NCBI GenBank assembly: GCA_951406725.2
Contig: OX597818.1
Coordinates: forward strand, 23,374,001 to 23,438,000
Source: Octopus vulgaris
Taxonomy: Eukaryota
Length of the DNA stretch: 64,000 nt
Direction of reading: 5' to 3'
The notes under the pieces were generated by a model that was not told the DNA's origin, made no database searches, and was given only the letters and a program-made list of their open reading frames with translations. The position numbers and the translations under genes were made by a program. Positions 53,529 to 64,000 of the stretch are shown piece by piece. The first letter of the stretch is position 1. Each line of letters opens with the position of its first letter.

Positions 53529-53790
53529 TAAGGACAATGAAGAATTTGAACAAACTTTATGTTTATTTCGAGTTAGTTTATTTATAATAATTGTCCAATA
53601 TGTGTTTTGATTGCACACTAACTGCATATTGTTGCATATTAATATGCAGTGATTTATGCATTATTAGGATGACCACTTCAGGGCATATAAGTATGACATT
53701 GTTTGAAGAGGAATTTTCCTCCATTATTAGTTTGAATTAGGCTTGAGAGTAGTAGTAGTAGTAGTAAACCATAACATTCCTTGATGAAAA

Positions 53791-54320
53791 GTTTTCTCAA
53801 CAGTTTAGATAAAATCCAGCAGCAGCAGCAGTGTTTGTTGAAGTTGGCAGATGTTCTTGGGTAGTTGGGCTGGGAGGGGTTAATTATAGAATACTTGTTG
53901 TTTGATTGATTCAACATACTTTATAGTCACAAGGCATATTGATGGATTTCAGAGTTGATTATATCATTTGACTTTTTGTGAAGTTCTTAATAGTAGTAGT
54001 TGTAGATACTTACTAGGCAGTAAGAACTACATGGTTATTAAAGGAAGTAGTCAGTTGCATTTTAAGTTCCTCTAACTAATTATTATGACTGCTTTAAAGT
54101 GTTTTTAGGTTATATTAAATATAATCTTATAAATTGAACTCTATTCTTATATTCCTTATATGCATCTTTATTATTACCTTGTGACTATAAAGTATGTAGA
54201 ATCAATCAAAAATAAGTATTCTAATAAATACCACCACCACCACCCTCAGCCCAACTACCAAAGAACATCTGTCAACTTCAACAAACACTGCAGCTGGATT
54301 TTACCCAGTCAGTTGAGAAA
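53791..54320. repeat. Diverged inverted repeat (about 145-bp arms), possibly an old PLE fold-back
   Basis: 53791-53934 vs 54177-54320; also visible as similar ORF text on opposite strands (PQPNY.RTS.NFNKHC). Confidence 0.6.
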
Positions 54321-54525
54321 GCATTGCCAGATCAGACTGGAGCCTGGTGCAGGCTTCTGGCTTCCCAGATCCCGGTCGAACTGTCCAACCCATGCGAGCC
54401 TGGAGAACAGACGTTAAACGATGATGAAGTTTACATAAATATCTAATTATTAAAGTGGAAAAATTATCAGAAAAACCATTTCTATTCATTTTTTCAAATA
54501 TATAATATATATATATATATATATA

Positions 54526-54906
54526 CTAGCAGTATCGCCCGGCATTGCTCGGGTTTGTAAGGGAAATAACTATATAAGCATTTTTAGAGATGTAAAGTAT
54601 AATAGCCATCTCAATATGGCTAACCATAAAGGGGGGTGTTACTGTAGCTTTTTGTTCTGAGATTTAATAATACATTTTTAGAGAGTTACTTCCCTTATAT
54701 AATAGCAAAAAAATGCATTAAAAATGGGAAAAAATGATGGTAAATTTTTTTTTAAATCGTAGACTCATCGTAGACACGCGCTAATACCCAGAAGGACTCG
54801 ATATGAATCACGACTATAAGATACGCGCTTTTGGTTACACTCCACCGCAAAATGTGGGAGTAGTTAGGAATCTAAATTGTAGGAGACAGACACACAACTT
54901 CACTTT

Positions 54907-54912
<6 letters not shown>
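54526..54912 (-). mobile_element. Non-autonomous Helitron
   Basis: Minus-strand 3' end CCCGAGCAATGCCGGG hairpin plus CTAG; shares its 3' end with 57354-57734. Confidence 0.75.
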
Positions 54913-54966
<54 letters not shown>

Positions 54967-56252
54967 GTTCAGAGGACATCACCTAACATCTAAATAGGAC
55001 AAATTTAGTCCACTGGCATATATTTCGAGATAGAATTATAATAGGTCTAATGTTATATTTGCTCTTACTGAAATAATCATGGCTTTTCTTCTTATATATA
55101 TTCTTTTTGGTCTGATTGCAACAATGTTAAAAGTGCCATGACATACTAGAAATGAAAGACACCTAAATGGTAGCAGTCTTTATGAAGTTTGGTAGGGGCT
55201 GAGCAAGTTAGATATAATTTCTGAGAGAAGTTCAGATCATGTATTAGGTCATATAGAAAAGGTTAAGACCGGCAGAAAAATTTAATGAGAAATTCATTAA
55301 ATAGGTATGTATCAACTAGTAAGAATTAAAGGACAATAAAGCAAAGACAAAAGTACTAGCTTGTAGCAAAGGACACAAAATACCATAATCAGTTAGAAAG
55401 TGGCTTTGTTTTGTAAGTAAGAAAGGAAGTGGTAAGAATTCAGTCTTGAATACTCAAAGTAAGTATTAGGGTGCACTGACAGATTGACAAAACTCCAGGA
55501 CTTTAAATGTTCTACACATATTTACAAGGTTCATGAAACTCTTTCTCAATTCAGTTGCTGAAAGAAGTTTCTGCTATTTAGCTAGATGTTGTTCTAGTGA
55601 AGATACAGTATCTCAATAAGAGAGAAATAGAAGACATTCAGACAGTTGCTGTCTCTATCAGTAATAAAGAGCCTCTCCCTTAAACAAGTATGTCTCAAAA
55701 AGTGGTATGATATATAGTAGTTGTACAATATTAACTTGTATTAGTGGCTGGTTGCAAGTGAGCCAAACTGGTGGCTAGACTATAAAAGCATTTGCTAATG
55801 CAAGCAAGGAAAACAATTTCATTGATATAGCCATATAAATGAATGACACCAGATTGAAAAAAAACCAAAAAACAAGGGCAACTACTTAAGGATACCACAG
55901 CAAAGTCAAACCAAAAAAGATCCAGGAAAGACAGCAAAATCACCAAGTCTCACAGATGAAATGATATAACATTGAAAAGAATGAGATTATGTTATATTGC
56001 ATGCAAATACAGCCAACCAAATGTTCAGATGTCAGTGGAAAAAAAAAAAGAAACAGGTATTGTAACGTCAACAATAATGATGATGATTGCATTAATAAGT
56101 TTGCTGATTGACTTTTATTTCAACTGAAGCAACTGAACAACACACAAGCTTCAGTGAGAATTTGCAGAAATGTGATAAAATTTTAGGAAATATGAAAATA
56201 AGAAAATGTTTAAGAATAAACAAAAACACATATAAATAATAGATTAATATTT

Positions 56253-56258
56253 TTTATT
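56253..56258 (-). promoter_or_regulatory. Candidate polyadenylation signal for PPM1K
   Basis: AATAAA on minus about 700 nt after the stop, followed by U-rich sequence. Confidence 0.4.
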
Positions 56259-56949
56259 AAACTTTGTATTGATTACTCCATTATTCCATGATTGTATAAC
56301 CATCAACTAAATGGTACTGGCACCAAAAGACTAGCACCTCCATTTTCCAAAACAAAACTGCATTACTTTATCATTGCTCTTGCATAACAAACCATCACAA
56401 TGGCTCTTCGCTTGTCTTATCTCATTACTGCATCCTGCAAGCATACAACTGGATTCCCATCAACAAAAGGAAGCGATTACAGACTGGAAGTAATCAGATT
56501 TTATTACAGTAATTATTGCTGTTGGCTGTTGTTGCTATCATAGATCAGTGATGTTACTTAGTGGCTAAGGTGTAGGACAAGAAAACAGTAAAGCAGAAAT
56601 TTATAGCAGACACTTCCTTAAATAATTTCCTAGTGGCAGTTTAACAAATGGATTCTCATGAGCTGTCACCACGTAAAATTTAGCTGTTAATATTTTTAGT
56701 ACTAATGCCAAATTACATATCACAGTATACTAAAAGTACAAGTGCAAACCTAGTACAGTAAGCTAGTGTGTTCATGGCTGAATCTGATATTACATTATTA
56801 TGTGTAATGCAGCATTTCTGTAAAGGATTGACTACAGGGAGGTGAAGCACAGCAAAGAGGTAGGGCAAGATTCTGAAGGAAGATTTTGGAATCTGTTTTG
56901 TCTTTGTTTCTTTTTCTTTTTCTCTCTTCTTTTTTTTTTCTTTTTACCT

Positions 56950-57219
56950 TCAGCAATATCGAACACCTAATAACTGTCGTCCAAAACTGTTCTGGTTAGA
57001 AGTGTCGGCAGCTTGATACTTGCCCCAAGCACCAAATGGAATGATGAGAGCTGTTGTATTATCTTCAGAGCCAAACTGCATGGCTTGGTCTGTCACCAAA
57101 TGAGCAGCTTCCTTAGGAATGTCACACTTACTGACTGCATCCACAATTTCTTGGTCTGCAAGCACAAATGTGAGCCCATCTGATGCCAGTACCAAGAAAG
57201 CATCTTTTGAGTGTTTAAC
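56950..57219 (-). CDS. PPM1K: Terminal exon of a PP2C-family phosphatase, mitochondrial PPM1K-like; upstream exons not found in the window
   Basis: ttttttcag acceptor; VKHSKDAFLVLASDGLTFVLADQEIVD...EAAHLVTDQAMQFGSEDNTTALIIPFGAWGKY...RYC*; PP2C DG and DN motifs plus the PPM1K-characteristic PFGAWGKY. Confidence 0.9.
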   Translation of the reverse strand, partial: VKHSKDAFLVLASDGLTFVLADQEIVDAVSKCDIPKEAAHLVTDQAMQFGSEDNTTALIIPFGAWGKYQAADTSNQNSFGRQLLGVRYC

Positions 57220-57353
57220 CTGAAAAAAATATAATTGAAATAATCAAATTGAGATAAGGTCATACCAAGATAGAAAGTGCAAAACCATCCCACTGTATGT
57301 TTTATCAATAAATATTTCAAAATGTTTAAATGTCTGTGATAAGTTATTGTTAA

Positions 57354-57734
57354 TCTCTCTATATATAAACGGCAGTTTGTCTGTGCGTGTTTCTGTGTGT
57401 CTGTTTGCTTGTACCCTCACCCTGACCACGGCTTTCAACCGATTCTGATGAAACTTGACACACACATAGCCCAATGTCATAATTCAAAACTAACGCAGCG
57501 AAAATTTTGAAAAGTTCCCCCAGTTCTGAAAAAAATCGATAAATTCGACATGGGGTCGAGAATCAGAAACACAAACCACGAACTGTCTAGGGGACGCAAC
57601 TCCACCTTTTTTAACTAAAAAAAAATTTACCATCAGTTTTTTCCATTTTTTTGCTATTTTTTGGCTATAACTCTCTAAAAATGCTTTATAGTTATTTCCT
57701 TACAAATCTGAGCAACGCCGGGCGATACTGCTAG
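57354..57734 (+). mobile_element. Non-autonomous Helitron
   Basis: A|TCTCTCTATATATAAA 5' end; GAGCAACGCCGGGCGATACTGCTAG|T 3' end; no TSD. Confidence 0.85.
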
Positions 57735-57747
57735 TATGACTATAATT

Positions 57748-58077
57748 TACATTATTTACATTTGACGGATATTTGTCCCCATCTTGTTTTTTGTTGTTAA
57801 CAGAACTTTTCAGCTGAACTCCAGCCTTCATCAAGTGTCTTGGGGAATTTTTGAACCTGGGTTCTCACTCCTAAGGTATTTTTCGATGTTGTTGTTGTTG
57901 TTGTTATTATTATTATTCAGGTCACTGCTTGGAATTGAACTTGGAATGTTGGGTTAGTAGCCCACACTCTTAACCACTATGTCATATGTCCACGGGCATA
58001 TGGTGTAGTGATAGCATAGTGGTTAAGAGCGCGGGCTACTAACCCCAAGATTCTGAGTTCGATTCCAAGCAGTGACT

Positions 58078-58120
<43 letters not shown>

Positions 58121-58306
58121 TAACAATAACAACATCAAAAAATACCGTAGGAATGAGAACTTAGGTTCAAAATTTCCCCAAGACACCTGATGAATGCTGG
58201 AGGGTATATCAGCCGAAATGTTGTGTTAACAACAAACAAGATGAGGACAAATATCCGTTAAATGTAAATAATGTACATAATTCCTCATCTCATAAATATA
58301 GAACTG
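57748..58306. mobile_element. Palindromic tRNA-head + (AAT)n + HHR element with 13-bp TSD
   Basis: TSD TATGACTATAATT at 57735-57747 and 58307-58319; two head-to-head units meeting near 57992; A box 58012-58022, B box 58055-58066, HHR 58183-58226. Confidence 0.8.
58183..58226 (+). ncRNA. Minimal type I HHR (mirror copy about 57800-57838 on -)
   Basis: ACAC-CTGATGA-at-GCTG-gagggtatat-CAGC-c-GAAA-TG-TT-GTGT. Confidence 0.7.
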
Positions 58307-59329
58307 TATGACTATAATTCTTCAGACTATTAACCTCATCACTACAGATGAAATATCTTTTACTATTTCCAGCTTTCTTTTATTTATTTTTTTCTTTTAC
58401 TGCTTTCAGTAATGGGACTGTGACTATGCTTTTGAGATTTTAGTTGATGATATCAAACCCAAATGTCTGGTACTTATTTTGTTATTCTTTTAAGATATTT
58501 TAGGATATGAAATGCAAAGTAGACTTTGAAGTAAAAGCAGCCAGTTCAGTTGGACTTCAATATTGCAGGGTATTTCTATCGAATGTACCAATTCTCACAC
58601 AACCCACACACAGAACAAACTTTCATTCAGGTTCTGTCAATCAAATTTCACTCATACAATATTGGTGAATCCAATGCATAAACTATACACAGATGAGATT
58701 GAACCTGAAACCATGCAGTGGTGAAGTAAACTTCTTAACCATACAGCCATGGCTGCAGCATCAGTTTTGATCACCAAATGAAATATAGTAGGGATGAAAG
58801 TATTTAAAGGTGTTTCAGGACTTGAAATGAAGTGAATAGTTCCCAAATTTATAATCATATAACTTTATCAAAAGTTTATAATTTTCTTTTTTTTTTTAAT
58901 TCACAACATAAACCAGAAGAGAATCTATAACTAATGCTAATGTCACATATTCATTGCCTCATTGCCAGTTTCTGTTGTAAAATGTGGTAATTTTAAGAAA
59001 TACATTAGCAGCAACAGCATTTTTATTGACAGCATTGGCAGCGTAATCTTTTAATGTCCATCTTCCATGCTGACAATGGTTAGTCAGTTTGACAGGATCT
59101 GATGGGTCTGAGAACAGCATTGTACACCAATGTTTGCTTCTGGCATATTTTCTACAGCTGAGTGTCCTTCTTAATGTCAACCACTTTACAAAGGATACTG
59201 GATGCTTTTTTTCACGGCACCAGCACTAGTGAGATCACCATGTAACTTGCAAGACTTAGATTCCTTTCAACTTAGTGGGGTTACAGTAAAGATGGAGGCA
59301 GCTTTATGCTAAGAGATGAGTGATTAAAG

Positions 59330-59971
59330 CAGCATTTCTCAACTGGGGTTCCCTAGAACTGTAGGGTTCCGCAAAAGGTCCCTAGGAGTTACACAAGAAA
59401 GAGTGAGATAAGCTAATACTAATTTCATGATCGTAATATTTCTATACATGCACAACATATTGGTTATTGTAATACAGACATTATCCTATCTAACTTATTA
59501 TGATATCAAAAAGACATAACCACCACTGAAAATGAAATCTCTGTGTGTTTATCTAAAGTTCGACTTCAAATTAAATATTTGTGTTGCAAAAGACAGGTAC
59601 AGGTTTCACATTAGAGAAACACGTTTCACTTTACCAAATGGCTTTGAAAGTAACATTTCTTTGTATAATTTATTGGTTCACAGTACACTCTGCCTTGATT
59701 TATCTTTTGTCTTTTCAATATTGCCAGTAAAGGATAAATAAATAATAAATTGATACACAATTATTTGTTTTCATTCCATTTACATTTATGTATTATAGGT
59801 ATATGATATTGGTTACTTATGTTTATTTTTTATGTTTAAGTTTAGATTTTTTTGTGCACAAATGAAAACTCCATGATGAGGTATCATAAACAAGCAGTAT
59901 GAATCTTATCAAGCATTACCAATAAATTTGACAAAGAAATATTAATTTTTTCTTAAACCAGTTATTTATTA

Positions 59972-60009
<38 letters not shown>

Positions 60010-60144
60010 TATGATATTTACCACGCAAACTACGATGAACAAAATATGAGAAAGATATGGTATATAATTTGTTTTGTGCAGGGGTTCCTTGAGACGTAAT
60101 TTATTTTAAGGGTTATGCAAGGGTAAAAAAGTTGAGAAACACTG
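59330..60144. mobile_element. hAT (Charlie-like) non-autonomous transposon
   Basis: TIR CAGCATTTCTCAAC / GTTGAGAAACACTG; perfect 8-bp TSD GATTAAAG at 59322-59329 and 60145-60152; nested in an RTE-related repeat. Confidence 0.9.
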
Positions 60145-61569
60145 GATTAAAGTATGAGAGAAAAGGCCAGAGTAGAATAGGTTTCTTGCTTAAAAGAGCT
60201 TCACATTACAGAACAGAAGGTGGGGAGTGAGAAAGGAGAACAGTGAGTAGAAATTGCAAGAATGTATGGGAGAATGAGAAATGGTTAGCGATGGAGAATG
60301 GGTGAGAAGGCAATGAAGAACTGTTGTTGAGAGAAGAAGAGTAGGTGTTTTCATTCATTGACATCACCTTACATGTTTTGATTAACTCTTCACCTACAAT
60401 ACTCAAAGGTTTTTCAAACATCTATTTCATACATATACATACATATATATACATATATATATATATTTAAGTCACAATGGGTTCAAGTAATCTGGTAGTA
60501 TTCATAAGAAAAGCTCCTTAATGTTTTATTCTACAAAACATACAGAATATATTGTACCATACAAGAGAAAACAATAAGGAGTGTATAAAGTTATAAATGA
60601 TAGAGAAATAGTTTGGTGAAATTTTATTAAGCAATAAGAAAATTCAAATATCATGACAAATTGTTTCGTTACTTAAAAACATGTAAATAATTTATATTAT
60701 TATATTTAATAATAGATAAATTACTTACATGTCTGCATTAATGGAAAATGCAAAACATCTTTCAAAATAATGCAAAACCTCATGCAAAAGAAAGTCTTTG
60801 CTAAATACTAAATCCTCAATGTAATGTAACAAGAACACAAACACAAAATTTTTTTAAATTATGGAACACAATAATAATAAAATTGATATAAATTAATAAG
60901 AATTTTCTAATAAATGGAAGGAAATTTTAGTAATATAATTAAAAAGTTACTAGTAAATGTTATTAGTACAATAATATTTTATTACTAAAAATCTAGAAAA
61001 TAAAAGATCATAAACATAGAAAAATACAACAACAAACAAACTACAACTAAATATTTATGAAATATAGGGACTGATATCAACTAGAAAATATGAACAATAT
61101 TAAATTTTTTAATATAAGAAATTTGAAGTAAATATTTTTTTTTAATTTATAGGAAGTATGGAAGATAATGAGAATAAAATTAATATAAATTAAAGAAACA
61201 GTTTTCTAAGATGAGAAGGGAGATTTATTAAAATTTTAAGAAATAATTATTAGATAGTTTTGGTATAAAGAGAGGAAAATCATATATTTATAGAAACAGA
61301 GTTTACAAAATATAGAGTTTGATATCAACAAGAAAAATATTAAATTAAAGATTAAAAGTTCAAATATATAAGTAAATAGAGAATAGTTTATAATGTAGGA
61401 TAAGATTAATATAATTTAGTATTGTAGATTAGGATAGATTGAAGCATATAAGGTAAGTATATGGAAAAACAATATTTGTCATAATATTTGAATTTTCTTA
61501 TTGTTAAATAAAATTTCATCAAACTATTTCCCCCATTTATGACTACATACACACACACACTCACACACA

Positions 61570-62340
61570 CATGTATGACAGGAAATGGAACAGAAGGGCT
61601 ATGATGAAAATCAAAACCTTTCATGATGAAGAATGGACTACACCACATGGATTAGTGGCTATTAACTTCAAAGTCAGAACTAAGCAGATACAGAAACAGA
61701 AGATGATATGGAGAAGGAAGACATGGAAACTAAATAGGTTTAGAGGAATTGTAATTGATGTATATGACTGTAACGAGAAAGATTTAAGCATCTGTGGCAC
61801 AGATGACAACTAGGAATTCCTATGAAATAGCCTGCTTAAGGACACAGATCAGGCATGTGGCTGGGGCAAAGTCCCAGCTGCACTGAAAGTAATACTGTGG
61901 TGGATAGGATGATAAGGGCTAAGAGACCAGCTTGGAAAACCTAGAAGGAAAGTAATATTAGGGAGAAATTATCAAATGGCTAGAAGAGCAGCTAGGCAAC
62001 AGGTGTACTTGGTTATGGACAGGCCAGAAAGGAAGAGATTTACCCTGTAATGTGAAAATCAGAGGCTCAGAATTGCAAGAGAGTATGTTAGAGAGAACCA
62101 AGATATCATTGATGAGAAGTCTATTCAGAACAATGAAAACAAATTCCCCATCAATATAAAAGACAAGTAGCATTGGAAGTGTTATTATTAGAGGCTATTG
62201 AACAAGAAGAAAGCAAAGGATATAGAGAGGCTACCTCATGCTGACCCTACAAAATACAGAAGGTTGAAAGCAACATGTAAGATAAAACAATTAAGGACAT
62301 GGAGAGAAGAAAAGCTGTGGGTCCATTCCATATCTCATGA
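61570..62340 (+). mobile_element. Degraded RTE-like LINE fragment (endonuclease-RT linker)
   Basis: HGLVAINFKVR...RRKTWKL...KAVGP remnants. Confidence 0.5.
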
Positions 62341-62569
62341 GTGAGAAGGATAAAATAAGCACTGAAATTGATAGAAATGACCAAAATCTTTGAAAGTGGT
62401 GCCCCAGTATGGCCAATGTCCAATGACTGAAACCAATAAAAGAGGAATATAAGAAATATGAAAAAAAGTGTAGATCCATTGTTAAAGAATTCAAAAGTGC
62501 TCTTTTTATTTTTACACAAACCAAAGAGTTTCTAGCAATATTTTGACAACTTCAAAGGTTAATAAATTA

Positions 62570-63432
62570 GGCATGGCTGTGTGGTCAAGAAGCTTGCTTT
62601 GCAACCAAGAGGTATTGGGTTCAGTTCCATAGTGCAGTAGCTTGGGCAAGTGTCTTTTATTATTGCCTTTTATTATTGTCTTTTATTATTGTGAGTGAAT
62701 ATGGTAGACTATGTGGGAACCCATCATATATACATTAGGGTGGAGCATTTTTTCATGATTTTCAATTATGTGATAAGGGTAGTGCAGAAAAGTTGTTAAT
62801 GGACATCAAAATAACTGGTGCAAAATCTTAAAACTCTGCAACAATATCTTCCATCTCCTCAAACACATCAAGAAATGGAAAAAGGGGGAAAAAATACTCT
62901 TACTTACTTATTTATTAGCTATAAAATAAAGTTTTCATTGCATCTTCTTCAGGTAGATTCTAAATGATTGTGATGAAATTATTCTAAAATACAATTGAAC
63001 ATGTTTTTTTTTTCCTGTGACTTCATATTCTGCCTCCACAAGGAGGGATGGGGTGTATTGTAATTTACATCTACATGAAAAATTTTCTGCATTTTATAAA
63101 TTACAATATTTACAATATTTTTGTATATTTTGAGGTGGTTCTGGAGACAGAAGATGAAGTCACAGAAAAAAATATGTTTAAGTCATATTTTAGAGAAATT
63201 TCATCAGAGTCATTTAAAAGTTATCCGAAGAAGATGCAATGAAAACTGTATTTTAAAGCTAATAAGTAGAGGCGTTTTTTCTCCACATTTTCCATTTTTT
63301 GATGCATTTGTGGAGACAAGATATTGTTGCTGAGTTCTAAGGTTTTACGCCAGTTATTTTGATACCCATTCACAACTTTGCCACACTACCTCTATATCAA
63401 AATTGAAAATCGTGAAAAAGCCCTCCACCCTA

Positions 63433-63475
<43 letters not shown>

Positions 63476-63672
63476 TGAGTGTCTTTGAGTTTGTTTTTCC
63501 CTCACACTACTTGACAACCAGTATTGGCTTGTTTATGTCACCATAACTTAGCAGTTCAGCAAAAGAGGCTGATAGAATATACTTTCAAAAATAAGTACTG
63601 GGTTTGATTTGTTTAACTAAACCTTTTAAGGTGGTGCTCCTTAATGATTGAAACCAGTAAAAGATAAAAGAT
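62570..63672 (+). mobile_element. SINE family A split by a MITE
   Basis: Head 62570-62730; tail 63435-63672. Confidence 0.75.
62735..63433. mobile_element. Long-TIR (almost fully palindromic) MITE, superfamily uncertain
   Basis: TTAGGGTGGAGCATTTTTTCATGATTTTCAATT / AATTGAAAATCGTGAAAAAGCCCTCCACCCTAA; inverted similarity extends about 300 bp inward. Confidence 0.85.
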
Positions 63673-64000
63673 AGAATTCCGTTTTAACTGTAATCTTAAA
63701 AAAAAAACCATCGATCAACATTCTTTTCTTTCAAAATTATATGAAGACACATTTTATCTTTCTTATATTTTCCACTGATATATTTACATTTAATCTTTTT
63801 TCAATATACTCACAAAATAGATTTCCTGTTATATAACTGGTATATGTAGATTTGGAGTTTCTAGTACATGCTTTCATGAAACTAGAGATACACAATGAAA
63901 AAACTCTTGGAGAAATTTTAATTATTTAGATCTGATGCATAAAATAATTGGTCATTGATATCATTAGAATTACACACAGTGATTTGTTAAATTGGCATAA

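Noticed and set aside
57994-58076. Possible tRNA gene (anticodon ACT)
   Set aside because: No proper acceptor stem or terminator, and part of a mobile palindrome; treated as a tRNA-derived head.
60480-61540. Extremely A-rich segment, possibly a NUMT or LINE remnant
   Set aside because: No recognisable mitochondrial gene or RT motif by eye.

Overview
AT-rich, microsatellite-dense animal DNA. The SINE families, (TA)n/(TAA)n/(TATG)n load and gene content suggest a cephalopod (octopus-like) genome; this is an inference. Two host genes converge. A 7-coding-exon tetraspanin lies on + (ATG 17027 to stop 49608, about 306 aa, all introns phase 0 GT-AG, last intron 22.5 kb). The terminal exon of a PPM1K-like PP2C phosphatase lies on - (57219-56950). 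The rest is mostly transposon debris: tRNA-SINEs, mariner/maT/Tc2/hAT elements, Helitrons, and R4/Dong, RTE and CR1-like LINE fragments. The most striking signal is about a dozen minimal type I hammerhead-ribozyme (HHR) motifs with palindromic helix III, from several unrelated sequence families. Most sit in fold-back elements in or next to microsatellites, as expected for Penelope-like element (PLE) termini. They include variants with a compensatory U3:A8 core, and a TSD-flanked palindromic element that joins a tRNA-derived Pol III head to an HHR (Sm-alpha/retrozyme-like). All structures were read by eye. Most ORFs in the supplied track are microsatellite artefacts.
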